Positions 50,673 through 60,875 of a DNA stretch of 64,000 nucleotides are shown here, in pieces (positions within the stretch are counted from its first letter, which is position 1; the number at the start of each line of letters is the position of its first letter). The notes below the pieces were generated by a model. That model was not told the DNA's origin. It saw only the letters and a program-made list of their open reading frames with translations, and searched no databases. This DNA is from an uncultured delta proteobacterium. Its GTDB lineage: Bacteria > Desulfobacterota > Binatia > DP-6. The DNA is taken from NCBI GenBank assembly GCA_963815115.1, contig CAWFFN010000007.1, positions 1,088,001 through 1,152,000 on the forward strand. The letters are read 5' to 3'. Position numbers and translations under genes: made by a program.

Positions 50673-51848
50673 ATGAAGACACGCTCGATCGTGACCGCGC
50701 TGGCGATTGCGCTGATGTTCACGTGTAGTGGCCCTGCTTCGGCCCAGCAGGCGAAATGTCGGGCGGGCAAGACGAAGTGCATCGCCAAGAAGGCGGCCGG
50801 GTTGCTCAAGTGCAACCAGGTGAGCGAGACGCCGGGCAAGCCGACGGATCCCAACGACGGCGGTTGCGTCGACAAGGTCGTCGGCAAGTTCGACGGCGGT
50901 GAGGATACGACCAAGGGCTGCTTCGGGAAGCTCGAGGGCAAGACCCCGAACGACTGCCCCACGCTCGGCGACACCGGGTCGGCCGAGACCAGCATCGACA
51001 GCTGCGTCGCGACGTTGGTCGGGGCCATCGACCCGGCTTCGCACACCCAGTCGAAGTGCGGAGTCGGCAAGAACAAGTGCGTGGCGAAGTACCTGGCCAG
51101 TCTCCTCAAGTGCACGGGGAAGGCGCAGACGCCGGGCCAGCCGACCGACCCGAACACCAAGGACTGCGTTACCAAGGCCCAGGCGAAGTACACCGGCGGC
51201 GCCGATTCGACCAAGGGTTGCTTCGCCAAGCTCGAGGCGAAGACCCCGAACGACTGCGAGACACCCGGGAACTCGGGCTCGGTACAGACGCTGGTCGAGG
51301 CCTGCGGGATGAATCTCGTCAACCTGACGGCTAGCACGACGACCACCGTCGGCCCGACCACCACGTCTACCGCGGGCGCGACGACCACGACCACCACGGG
51401 AGGGACGACCACGACCACTCTCGGGGGCGGCGGCACCGTCGCGGGCGCCCTGCCCTCCACCGCGGGTCGCTTCACCTACAACGCGACGCCGGGACTTCCG
51501 GGAGCGCTCGCCGCGTGCCATATGAGCTTCGGCAATGGCACGCACGTGTGTACCCTCGCAGAGCTGCAGAATGCGGCGTCGAACGGTGGTCTCGTCGGCT
51601 TGAAGGACACGACGAACATGACAGTCACGTCGTTCTGGGCGATCGACTCGGCGGCGCCCGCTCTCCAGCAGTGCAACGACGACACTCCTGGCACCGGCTC
51701 GGGACTCAACTGGGAATACGGGACGGCGCACACGTTGTCCCGGGGTTCGAAGGTGGATCTCACCAACGCCACCGGCATCCTAGGTTCGCTCGTGACCGGC
51801 CTCCAGTGCAACTTCTCCGGGAACGCCTGGGTCGCCTGCTGTCAGTGA
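50673..51848 (+). CDS. Secreted Cys-rich protein with a duplicated ~100 aa domain and Thr-rich linker
   Basis: Signal peptide; repeat KC..GK.KC.AK....LLKC....TPG.PTDPN...C...KGCF.KLE.KTPNDC. Confidence 0.85.
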   Translation: MKTRSIVTALAIALMFTCSGPASAQQAKCRAGKTKCIAKKAAGLLKCNQVSETPGKPTDPNDGGCVDKVVGKFDGGEDTTKGCFGKLEGKTPNDCPTLGDTGSAETSIDSCVATLVGAIDPASHTQSKCGVGKNKCVAKYLASLLKCTGKAQTPGQPTDPNTKDCVTKAQAKYTGGADSTKGCFAKLEAKTPNDCETPGNSGSVQTLVEACGMNLVNLTASTTTTVGPTTTSTAGATTTTTTGGTTTTTLGGGGTVAGALPSTAGRFTYNATPGLPGALAACHMSFGNGTHVCTLAELQNAASNGGLVGLKDTTNMTVTSFWAIDSAAPALQQCNDDTPGTGSGLNWEYGTAHTLSRGSKVDLTNATGILGSLVTGLQCNFSGNAWVACCQ

Positions 51849-53266
51849 AGCACCTGGCGTCGCCGGCACGCACGTGCCGGCGACGCCGCCTCTCGACTCC
51901 GACCGCTGCCACCCTCCTCTGCTGCCTGGCGGTCCCGGGCTTTGCATCCGAGAAGGCCGCAGCGTCCTGCTCTGCTCCCGGAACCGGCTGGTGCGTGGCG
52001 CGGCGCTTTCCCGGGAGCATCCGGGGCGGTGAGCTCGGTTTCCGCTTCGGCGAGCCGCTCGACGTCGACGGCGACGGCCACGCGGACGTCGCCGCCGGCG
52101 CCCGCTTCAAGCTGCAGCACGGGACGCAGCAGAACGGCGACGCCACCATCTGGTCGGGGGCGAGCGGTGCCGTGATCCGCTCGTGGGACGGCGAGTGGGG
52201 GGATGGGCTCTTCGGGCACTGGGTGATGCTGGTGCCGGACCTCTCGGGCGATGGGCTCGCCGACGTCGTGATCGCGGCGCCCCACGCACCGGTCGGCGGA
52301 CTCGCGCGCGGCATCGTGGTGGCGCGCTCCCCCAAGACCGGCGAGGAGCTCTGGAAGCGCGCCGAGACCGAGAGCGAGAACCTTGGGTGGGACCTGATGC
52401 TGGCCGGGGACTACGACGGCGACGGGCGTACCGATCTCTTCGTCGGCGCCCCCGCGGAGAAGACGGGTCGGGTCTATCTCCTGAGCGGCAAGGATGGCAG
52501 CGTCCTGCGGACGTACGCGCCCGGAGAGGAAGGCGGATCCTTCGGGTGGTACGTCGCCCGGCTCGACGATCTCGACGGCGACGGGCACGCCGACCTGGCG
52601 GTCGGAGGACCGTCGGCGGCAAACACCGACGGGGCGCGCGTCGGCGGCGCCTGGGTCATCTCGTCGGCGACCGGCAAGGAGCTCTATCACTGGAAGGGAA
52701 CGGATCCCCGCGGAGGCTTCGGCGGCGTCGTCGCGTCGGTCGGTGATCTCGACGGCGACGGCAAGGGCGAGATCGCGGTGTCGGCGCCGGCGACCGAGGA
52801 CCAGGCGCGGACGCTCACGGGAGAGCTTCGCATCTATTCCGGGGCCACCGGGAAGGAGCTCCGGCACTGGTCGGGGAGTCAGCCGGGCGAGCTCTTCGGA
52901 CGGATGATCGTCGCCACGGGAGACCTGGACGGCGACGGCGTCGAGGACATCGCCATCGGCGCGCCCGCGCACCGCCGCGGAGATGCCGACCGGGTGGGTC
53001 GCGTCGAGATCCGCTCGGGGCGCAGCGGCGCGGTCCTGGGCGAGCTCTTCGGCGACGAGGCGGACTGCTGGTTCGGATGGCACATCCGCCGCGCGCCCGA
53101 TCCCGACGGGCATGGCCGCCCGGCATTGCTGATCGACTCGCTCCGCCATCCGGTCGACGGCAAGGCGGGCGTCGGCGTGCTGGACCTCTACGTGCTGCGC
53201 GGCGCGAAGGGCTCAGGCGGTCACGGGACGACCACCCGTGGCACGCGGCGCAGCGACATCAGGTAG
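51845..53266 (+). CDS. FG-GAP (integrin alpha-like) repeat protein
   Basis: Six DxDGDGxxDxxxGAP-type repeats; GTGA overlap with the upstream gene. Confidence 0.88.
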   Translation: MKHLASPARTCRRRRLSTPTAATLLCCLAVPGFASEKAAASCSAPGTGWCVARRFPGSIRGGELGFRFGEPLDVDGDGHADVAAGARFKLQHGTQQNGDATIWSGASGAVIRSWDGEWGDGLFGHWVMLVPDLSGDGLADVVIAAPHAPVGGLARGIVVARSPKTGEELWKRAETESENLGWDLMLAGDYDGDGRTDLFVGAPAEKTGRVYLLSGKDGSVLRTYAPGEEGGSFGWYVARLDDLDGDGHADLAVGGPSAANTDGARVGGAWVISSATGKELYHWKGTDPRGGFGGVVASVGDLDGDGKGEIAVSAPATEDQARTLTGELRIYSGATGKELRHWSGSQPGELFGRMIVATGDLDGDGVEDIAIGAPAHRRGDADRVGRVEIRSGRSGAVLGELFGDEADCWFGWHIRRAPDPDGHGRPALLIDSLRHPVDGKAGVGVLDLYVLRGAKGSGGHGTTTRGTRRSDIR

Positions 53267-54768
53267 ACGCGGATCCGCCCCCGGTCTTCCAGGGAGAGCG
53301 CCTCGAACGCCGCGCGCGCGGCGGCGCCCTCGCCGTCGTGACCGGCGATCGCATAGTCGAAGCTCGGGGCACGGCCGTCGTGCAGGTAGGGCGCCGAGTC
53401 GGCCACTCCCCACAGCCGCGGCGTCAAGTACTCCTGGAGGCCGACCCCCCGCTGGACGTGCCGGGCGGCATTGGCCTTCCCCATGTCGTGGCGCTTGAGG
53501 TCGCTGAACAGCCACACCGGATAGCCGCCGAGGCTGGCATCGTAGCGCAAGCCCGGCTGTCGCATCTGCTGCGACAGGTCGATCGGCGGCAGCCCGTCGA
53601 CGACGAGCATCGGGCTCTCCAGGACCATCATCGGCGTGTGACAGCCCGCGCAGCCGAGCTCGTGAAACTGACGGCGGCCGCGCTGGAAGTCGTACGCGAA
53701 GCTCGTCGTCGTCGGGGGAGCCAGCGCCTGGGCGGGTGCGGCGAGCTGGCGATCCTGGATCAAGGGCTCGACGGCGGGCAGCTCGAGCAGCGCCAGATGG
53801 GCCGTCATGGCCGCGAACGGTCCGCGTCCGAGCTCTTCCCGGATGCCGTCGCCGTCCGGATCCGTGGCATCGCTCCCGTTGCCGACGACCTCGTGCGAGG
53901 CGCTCGCGAGCAGGACGTCGCTCTGGATGCCGATGTGGATCTGGAGCGCTTCGGCGGCGAAGTCCGTGAAGCTGGCGAGCGTTCCCTTCCAGCCGAACGG
54001 CTTCACCACGAGGTCCGCGTCGACTCCGCGAATGCCCGACGCATCGATCTCGCCCTTGGAGGTGGCGCGGAGCACGCCGAAGTCGGCGCCCTTGCTGGTC
54101 AATCGGGTCTCGCGATCGGCCCCGGCGTGCGCGGCGTCATGGAGGAGGTCGGCGCGTTCCTTCTGGAGGTCGGCGGTCATCTCGCGCGCCAGCGCCTGGA
54201 CGACGCCGAGCCCCACCAGGGCCGGCGGGTTGCGCTCGTCGCCGCTCGACGTGAGCTGGCCGTCGCCGTCGAGGAACGCGTTGTCGGTTTCCGCGCCGGC
54301 GCCGTTGGGGCCGCCGAGCCAGTGGCACGAGGGACAGGAGATGGTCTCCGGGCCGCCGAAGAGTCCGCCATGCACGCGACGAAACGGCCCGGCCGGTGCC
54401 CTGGCCGACTCGCCGCCGCCGAGACCGTCGGCAAAGTCGAACTCGTGCTCGAAGAGGAGCTGCCCGAGATCCGCGAGCTCCGCCAGACAGACCTGCCCGG
54501 TCGCCACCCGCTGCGGATCGAGCTCGGCGTGCATCGCGCGCATGAAGGAACCCGGGTCGGCCGCCTCCCGGATGCGCAGCTCGTGCCGGCGTGCGGCCAG
54601 ACGCTGCGCCTCGCGCGCCGCTTCCAGGCTGAGCGGCTCGGGGCGCGCCGTCGAAGGGCAATCGGCTCGCCACGTCGCGACGTCCTTGCCCGTCGAGCTC
54701 CTGCATGCGGCGATCGAGAGGGTCAGGCCCAGCAAAGCCGCCGCGTGCATCACGGCTCGGGACGTCAT
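53221..54768 (-). CDS. Di-heme oxidoreductase (DHOR-like) lipoprotein
   Basis: Lipobox IAAC; CPSCH and CAGCH; FGWKG; FSDLKRHDMG; TPRLWG; YLHDGRA. Confidence 0.87.
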   Translation of the reverse strand: MTSRAVMHAAALLGLTLSIAACRSSTGKDVATWRADCPSTARPEPLSLEAAREAQRLAARRHELRIREAADPGSFMRAMHAELDPQRVATGQVCLAELADLGQLLFEHEFDFADGLGGGESARAPAGPFRRVHGGLFGGPETISCPSCHWLGGPNGAGAETDNAFLDGDGQLTSSGDERNPPALVGLGVVQALAREMTADLQKERADLLHDAAHAGADRETRLTSKGADFGVLRATSKGEIDASGIRGVDADLVVKPFGWKGTLASFTDFAAEALQIHIGIQSDVLLASASHEVVGNGSDATDPDGDGIREELGRGPFAAMTAHLALLELPAVEPLIQDRQLAAPAQALAPPTTTSFAYDFQRGRRQFHELGCAGCHTPMMVLESPMLVVDGLPPIDLSQQMRQPGLRYDASLGGYPVWLFSDLKRHDMGKANAARHVQRGVGLQEYLTPRLWGVADSAPYLHDGRAPSFDYAIAGHDGEGAAARAAFEALSLEDRGRIRVYLMSLRRVPRVVVP

Positions 54769-56363
54769 GGCACGAAGAGCTTCGGCTCGCGCGAGAGCGA
54801 CGCGAGGAACACGCGGACGCTGGCCCGCCCCTTCGCGTCGAGCGCGAGGTAGGCGTCTCGTGCTGCGGTCGCCTCGCCGCCGTGCAGCACGATGGCGTCG
54901 TGCACCGTCGGGGCGCGACCGTCGTGCAGGTACGGCGCCGTGTCGGCGAGCCCCCAGAGTGGCCGGGTGAGAAAGACCCGCGCGGGAATCGTCCCCTGCG
55001 GCGAAGGCGTCGCCAGGCCGTCCCCCATGTCGTGGCGCTTCAGGTCGCTGAACAGGTGCACCAGGTAGGGCGTCTTGGCGCCCGCGTACCTGGGCTCGAT
55101 CTTGGGACCATCGCCGTCCTTGGCGACGTCGATGATGAATGCGGGGCGATTCGGGTCCGGGTCCTGCCGCGCGTCGAGCTTCGGGTCCTGGAGCTCCAGG
55201 GTGGGAACGTGACACCCCGCGCATCCGATCTCCTCGAAGCGCGCTCGCCCCGCGGCCCACGCATCGACCAGCCCGGGATCGCTCGGCGGGCGCATGGTGG
55301 GCGCCTCGAGCTGCGCCAGATACCCCACGACGGTCGTCAGCATGCCGTCGTGGATCTCGAGCGAGACGCCGTCGTCGTCCACGTCGTACCACGGCCCCTT
55401 CCCGTACGGACCCGCCGCGAGCGTGCCGTCGCGGACCGCGAACTGGATGCGGGTGGAGAGCAAGCCCTGATGGATGTGGAGCGACTCCTCGGCGATGTCA
55501 CGAAGGGTGGCCAGATGACCCTTCCAGCCGAATGGACGAACCGTCAGGTCGGGGTCGACACCTTCGACGGCACCGGAGTCCAGCGTACCGTCGGGCTCGG
55601 CCGCGATGCGGCCGAACGAGACGCTCTTGGAGGTCAGGGCCTGCTCGACCCGGTGCCCTTCCGCCGTCGCCCGCTCGCGCGCGGCATCCGCCTGGGCATG
55701 CAGCTCGGCACTCATCTCGCGCGCCAGACAGGCGATCGGACCGAGACCGAGCACCTGAGGCGGATTGCGCTGATCCGCCCCCCCGGTCCGCTCGCCGTCG
55801 CCGCGCATGAACGCGTTCTGCGTCTGGGTGCCGGCCCCGTCGGGTCCGCCCTTCGAGTGACAGCTGAAGCATCCGAACGCGTCCGGCCCCCCGGCGGCTC
55901 CCAGGTGGATGCGACGCAAGCGGGGCGTGTAGTCGCTGGCCTTGCGGTCCATCGCGCCCCCGCTGCCCCAGCCGTTCTCCGGACGAAACGGATATCCGAA
56001 CAGCTCGTCGCCCACGATGAAGAGGCTGTCGATGCCCAGCACGCGGCGGTCGAGGGCCACCTCCGAGAGCGTGGCGTGCTCGACCAGCTCCCCCGGGTCG
56101 CGCGCATCGAGCATCCGGTCGAAGTCCTCGCGGCGGCGGAGATCGACGGCGTGCTCGAGCTGCTCGAGCAGGACCGTGTCGTCGGGGATGCTCTCGTCGG
56201 AAGCCGTCAGCGCCATGGGACTCGCCTTCGGCTCGGCGCCACCGACCTCCGGGGCGCGGAGCGCGAGCCAGCCACCGCCCAGGGCGATCGCAGCAACGGC
56301 CGACGCGGCGACGCGGAGCCAGGTCCGTCGCGGGCCGGACCGAGGGTCAGCGGCCTTCGGCAC
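54765..56363 (-). CDS. Di-heme oxidoreductase (DHOR-like) protein
   Basis: CFSCH and CAGCH; FGWKG; FSDLKRHDMG; TRPLWG; YLHDGRA; ATGA-coupled to its paralog. Confidence 0.87.
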   Translation of the reverse strand: MPKAADPRSGPRRTWLRVAASAVAAIALGGGWLALRAPEVGGAEPKASPMALTASDESIPDDTVLLEQLEHAVDLRRREDFDRMLDARDPGELVEHATLSEVALDRRVLGIDSLFIVGDELFGYPFRPENGWGSGGAMDRKASDYTPRLRRIHLGAAGGPDAFGCFSCHSKGGPDGAGTQTQNAFMRGDGERTGGADQRNPPQVLGLGPIACLAREMSAELHAQADAARERATAEGHRVEQALTSKSVSFGRIAAEPDGTLDSGAVEGVDPDLTVRPFGWKGHLATLRDIAEESLHIHQGLLSTRIQFAVRDGTLAAGPYGKGPWYDVDDDGVSLEIHDGMLTTVVGYLAQLEAPTMRPPSDPGLVDAWAAGRARFEEIGCAGCHVPTLELQDPKLDARQDPDPNRPAFIIDVAKDGDGPKIEPRYAGAKTPYLVHLFSDLKRHDMGDGLATPSPQGTIPARVFLTRPLWGLADTAPYLHDGRAPTVHDAIVLHGGEATAARDAYLALDAKGRASVRVFLASLSREPKLFVP

Positions 56364-56815
56364 AGGGCAACCCTTGGCCGTCCTACTCGGAAGTCGGGGC
56401 GAAGGAGTGGAAATTGCGCATCGTCGTTTCCTCCTCTGGGCCGGCGTGGGTTGAGGAAGAAACTATTCCACACCTCGTTTCGAAGCGACCACCAGGGTCG
56501 GGCCTGGCCCGGGGACCCGGTACCGGTGGACGCATTTGCCTCGAGAGCCCACCCCGGCCGGACCGCCTCGGGACCCTCCGCCGTCGAGGTAGCGGCTCGC
56601 TACCCCGAAAGTAGCAGCATGGAAGCGAGGTCGCGCGTGCGAAGACGCGGGAACAGGCCGGCAACCCCACCATCCGGGGGAGCCCGGGCTCGTGGCTCCG
56701 CCACGAGCCCGGGTTCGTGTCCGAGACGAGGACGATGAGAGAGGCGCTCATGGCGGCGGGCGTCCCTGCGAACCCGCCTGGTGCAGTCGTCGGCGAGCCT
56801 ACGGGCCGGGCCTTC

Positions 56816-58735
56816 ATGGAGGCCGGAACCAGGTACGCCAAGAGCGGCGACGTTCACATCGCGTACCGCGTCTTCGGCAACGGCCCGCGTGACGTCATAC
56901 TCGTGCCGGGCACCGTGTCGCACGTGGAGCTCTACTGGGAGCTGCCCGCCAACGAGTATCTGCTGAGACGACTCGCCTCGTTCGCGCGGGTGATCGTCTT
57001 CGACAAGCGCGGCCAGGGGCTCTCGGATCGCACCGCCGATCAGACGCTCGAGGAACGCGTCGGCGACGTGCTGGCGGTGATGGATGCCGCCGGATTGAAT
57101 CGGGCGACGGTCTACGGATGGTCGGAAGGCGGCCAGCTGTCCCTGATGCTCGCCGCCACCCATCCGGAGCGGGTCTCCCGCCTCGTCCTGTATGGCACCT
57201 ACGCCTCGATCCAGGCGGCACCCTGGGCCGTGAGTCGCGAGCAGTTCGAGCGATTCCTTGCGACGCTCGCAGCCCGCTGGGGTGAAGGCGTTCTCGTCCG
57301 TCTCAATGCGCCGCGCCGTGTCGAGGACAAGGCGTTCGTGCGATGGTTCGGGCGACTCGAGCGTGCCGTGGCGAGTCCGGGTGCGATCCTCGACCTGATG
57401 AGGACGAACTACGAGATCGACGTCGGCCATCTGCTGCCTTCGATCCGGGTGCCGACGCTGGTCCTGCATCGCGAGGGCGATGCGCTCGTTCCGGTCGAGG
57501 CCGGACGGCACCTGGCGCGTCGCATCCCTCGAGCCAGGTACGTCGAGCTGCCTGGTGACGACCACATGCTCCAGGCCCTGGATCAGGACGTGCTGGACCT
57601 CCTCCTCGACCGGATCGACGAATTCGTTACCGGCCGGCGAGGTCGCCCGGATCCGGACCGGACTCTCGCCACCAGAGCATTCACCGCCATGGTCGGCTCG
57701 GCGAATCACGTCCCGTCGGCGACGGCCGACTCTCGATGCGGAGGCCCGGGCGACGCGATCGCGGAGCTCGAGCGTTGCCGTGAGATCCTCGCGTCCGGCG
57801 ACGACGGACGCGCGCTTGCCGGGCTGGTCGCGCGAGCCGAAGCGGTCGTCGCCGCGGCACGAGGGTCCTGGAGAGAGTCCGAAGCGCAGTTCATCAAGGC
57901 CGCCGATATCTTCCGCCGCCATGGCATGGTGTGGCAGGAGGCGCAGACGTTTCAGAGCTGGGGCCACGCGTTGCAGGCCGGCCTCGATCGACGCGCGGCG
58001 ATCGAGAAGCTCGACACGGCAATCGAGGTCTATCGCCGGCGGGGCGCGGACCAGAGCTGGATCGAGGGCGCCGACGGTGACTTCGGCCGCAGCAACGGCA
58101 GCGCCGATGGTGCATCCGGACCACGGACCCGGGATCGGCAGGCTCCCGCATCGCCCCGAGCCGTGTTCCGGCGAGAAGGCGACTACTGGACGGTGTCATG
58201 GCGAGGCCAGGTGGTCCGCCTCAAGGACGCCAAGGGCCTGCACTACATCACTTACCTCCTGGCCAATCCTGGCCGCCAGGTCCTCGCCTGGGAGCTCGCC
58301 GCCGCTGTCACGACACCCCGCCGCCACCCTGCATCGATCGATCCGGACGCCACAGCCTCGAACCTCGGCGACGCCGGCGCGCTGCTCGATGCCCGGGCCC
58401 GAGAGCAATACCGCCGCCGGATCGACGAGCTGCGCGAGGAGCTCGCAGAAGCCGTGCAGCGCAACGACACCTGGCGGGCAGCGCGCCTGCGCTTCGAGCT
58501 GGAGTCCCTTTGCGATCAGGTCGTCGCCGCGGTCGGACTGGGCGGGCGAAACCGGAAGGCCGCTTCGCACACCGAACGGGCGCGCCTGATGGTGACGAAG
58601 GCGATCAAGGCCGCGATTGCGAGACTTCGTGCCAGCGACGCTTCGCTGGGCCGCCATCTCGCGACGTCCATCAAGACCGGCAACTGCTGCGCCTACGATC
58701 CCGGCCCGCAACCTGCCATCTGCTGGCAGCTGTAG
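56816..58735 (+). CDS. Alpha/beta hydrolase fused to TPR-like and C-terminal regulator-like domains
   Basis: TRYAKSGDVHIAY, FDKRGQGLSDR, GWSEGG; C-terminal FRREGDYW...KGLHYI...ERARLMVTKAIK...SIKTG. Confidence 0.85.
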   Translation: MEAGTRYAKSGDVHIAYRVFGNGPRDVILVPGTVSHVELYWELPANEYLLRRLASFARVIVFDKRGQGLSDRTADQTLEERVGDVLAVMDAAGLNRATVYGWSEGGQLSLMLAATHPERVSRLVLYGTYASIQAAPWAVSREQFERFLATLAARWGEGVLVRLNAPRRVEDKAFVRWFGRLERAVASPGAILDLMRTNYEIDVGHLLPSIRVPTLVLHREGDALVPVEAGRHLARRIPRARYVELPGDDHMLQALDQDVLDLLLDRIDEFVTGRRGRPDPDRTLATRAFTAMVGSANHVPSATADSRCGGPGDAIAELERCREILASGDDGRALAGLVARAEAVVAAARGSWRESEAQFIKAADIFRRHGMVWQEAQTFQSWGHALQAGLDRRAAIEKLDTAIEVYRRRGADQSWIEGADGDFGRSNGSADGASGPRTRDRQAPASPRAVFRREGDYWTVSWRGQVVRLKDAKGLHYITYLLANPGRQVLAWELAAAVTTPRRHPASIDPDATASNLGDAGALLDARAREQYRRRIDELREELAEAVQRNDTWRAARLRFELESLCDQVVAAVGLGGRNRKAASHTERARLMVTKAIKAAIARLRASDASLGRHLATSIKTGNCCAYDPGPQPAICWQL

Positions 58736-58934
58736 GTCCCGGCGCGGAAGTCGATTCGCGCGGCCGCCGCGATTCGTGCCGGACGCCGGCACGTCGTGCC
58801 CCGAGTCGTCACGCCTCACTGTCGGGAACGATTCACTTCAACGGGGACGAGGACCCGACGGGCCTTCGTCCGAGACTCTCGCCGGAACGGGCTTCCGTTC
58901 GCCTGTGTGAGAGCGCGTACAGGAGGAAGCCGTA

Positions 58935-59507
58935 ATGCAGAAGGTAGCAGCACTGACTCTGTTGGCCGGGTGCATGATTCTAGCCGGCGCGACGCACGTA
59001 CGTGCGCACGGATGCTCGCCGAGCGTCGCTCAAGTCGTGGCATTGGACGAGTGCGATCCGGACTCGTTCAACGCGGAGGTCAAGGACGGAGGGCTGGGAC
59101 CAGGAGGGACTGGCTTCTGTCACAACGTCGCGCTGCCTTCGTTCGGCTATGCGACCACGCTGTCCGATCTGGTCATGAAGGCCATGAATGGGACGCCCGA
59201 TCCGGGCTGGGACTTCGAGCCCGACCAGCTGACGATCCAGAAGGGGACAACGGTGTCCGTGGCCGACCAGGGCGGCGAGCCCCACACCTTCACGGAGGTG
59301 GCGCAGTTCGGCGGGGGATTCCTCGATGTCCTCAACCACGGCGAGGCCACGGTTCCGGAGTGCGCCGGCGGCTTCCACAACCTCGCGGTGGCCAGGACGC
59401 GCATCGTCCAGGGTGGCCGGCTCGATGTCCCCGACCTTCCGAAGGGCAAGCATCTCTTCCAGTGCTGCATCCACCCCTGGATGCGCATGGAAATAGACGT
59501 GAAGTGA
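58935..59507 (+). CDS. Secreted cupredoxin (type 1 copper) protein
   Basis: Signal peptide; EPHTFTE and CCIHPWM ligand set; RBS AGGAGG. Confidence 0.85.
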   Translation: MQKVAALTLLAGCMILAGATHVRAHGCSPSVAQVVALDECDPDSFNAEVKDGGLGPGGTGFCHNVALPSFGYATTLSDLVMKAMNGTPDPGWDFEPDQLTIQKGTTVSVADQGGEPHTFTEVAQFGGGFLDVLNHGEATVPECAGGFHNLAVARTRIVQGGRLDVPDLPKGKHLFQCCIHPWMRMEIDVK

Positions 59508-59689
59508 TCCGAGCGACGCACACGAGCTCGAGACCCGCCCACCCACGACCCCCCTTGGCCGCAACCCTGAACCCGATCCTTCGCGGCCGAAGACGCGCCC
59601 TCCTCTGCGCGAGCTTCGCCGTGAAGGATCGGTCACCACGCGCTCGCGGCCGTGGCGCCGGCGGCCGGCCCTCGACTGCTGCGGGGCAA

Positions 59690-60010
59690 CTAGCGCTTGA
59701 GGAATTTCAGGATCGCGTTCTGCTCTGCAGACGACAAGGCAAAGAACGCTTCGCGCACTTCGAGCGCCTGGCCTTCATGCGCACCGATGGCCTCCACCAC
59801 CGTGCGTGCCCGTCCGTCGTGGAGATACGGGTGGCTGCCTCGTACGAGCCACAGCGGCGGGGTGCGGAACTCGTTGCCCTGGGCGTCGCCTTGCACGATG
59901 CCATCGCCCGTCCCGATGTCGTGCAGCAAGAGGTCGGAGTAGAGATCGACGCTCTTCCCGTCGATGGCGGGGTTCGAGCTCGCGGAGGTGTATCCCGTGT
60001 AAGCTCGACA
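59690..60010 (-). pseudogene. C-terminal fragment of a third DHOR-type gene
   Basis: YSDLLLHDIG...FRTPPLW...YLHDGRA; no intact CxxCH or N-terminus. Confidence 0.75.
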
Positions 60011-60114
60011 GGCCGACGCGCTCGGCGAACATCCACGGGCTCGAGGGGCCGAGCACGAAGTGTATTGCGGCCTCATGGCGCTGCTGACACCATCGCCGGC
60101 TGAAGGAGGTCACC

Positions 60115-60288
60115 ATGCCCGAGGCGCGGAGCTTCATCTGGTACGATGTGGATTCCGCGCACAGACGCGTGAAAGATGCCGGCGGCGAGGTGCTCGTGGG
60201 ACCGAGCGAGGTTCCGGGCGGTCGATGGATCATCCAGGCGACCGATCCCCACGGTGCCATGTTCGCGCTCGTGGGCCCGCGCGCATGA
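60115..60288 (+). pseudogene. Internally deleted VOC/glyoxalase gene (57 aa)
   Basis: RBS AAGGAGG; MPEARSFIWY joined to DVDSAHRRVKDAGGEVLVGPSEVPGGRWIIQATDPHGAMFALVG. Confidence 0.7.
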
Positions 60289-60301
60289 ACGGAGAGAGAC
60301 G

Positions 60302-60778
60302 ATGCCCGACAAGATAGCCCCCTGCCTGTGGTTCGACGGCCAGGCCGAGCAGGCTGCCAATTTCTACGCCTCATTGCTGCCGGACTCGCATGTCGATGCC
60401 GTCCATCGCGCGCCCGCCGACTATCCGAGCGGCAGGAAGGGCGACGTGCTGACGATCGAGTTCACACTCGCAGGGCGGAAGTTCATCGGCCTGAACGGCG
60501 GCCCGCACTTCACCTTCAACGAGGCGGTCTCGTTTCAGATCCATTGCGAGGATCAGGGAGAGGTCGACCGGCTGACCGCGGCGCTCTCCGCGGTTCCGGA
60601 GGCCGAGCAGTGCGGCTGGGTGAAGGACAAGTTCGGCCTGTCCTGGCAGATCGTGCCCAAGCGCCTGCTCGCGCTGATGACCGATCCCGACGCCTCCAAG
60701 GCGCAGCGCGCCATGCAGGCGATGCTGACCATGAAGCGGATCGACATCGCCGCGGTCGAGCGCGCGGCGGAGGGCTGA
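60302..60778 (+). CDS. VOC/PhnB-like (3-demethylubiquinone-9 methyltransferase family) protein
   Basis: KIAPCLWFDGQAEQAANFY...LNGGP...CGWVKDKFGLSWQIVP. Confidence 0.92.
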   Translation: MPDKIAPCLWFDGQAEQAANFYASLLPDSHVDAVHRAPADYPSGRKGDVLTIEFTLAGRKFIGLNGGPHFTFNEAVSFQIHCEDQGEVDRLTAALSAVPEAEQCGWVKDKFGLSWQIVPKRLLALMTDPDASKAQRAMQAMLTMKRIDIAAVERAAEG

Positions 60779-60875
60779 TCCGGTCGGGCGCCGATCGACC
60801 CGCGCCAGGCGATCCGGTTCTCCGCGAGACGCATTTCCCTGGACCAGACGCACGCCTCCGAGTAGACGTCCCGCC

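Noticed and set aside
51335-51420. ACG/ACC-rich tandem DNA repeat
   Set aside because: It simply encodes a Thr-rich protein linker
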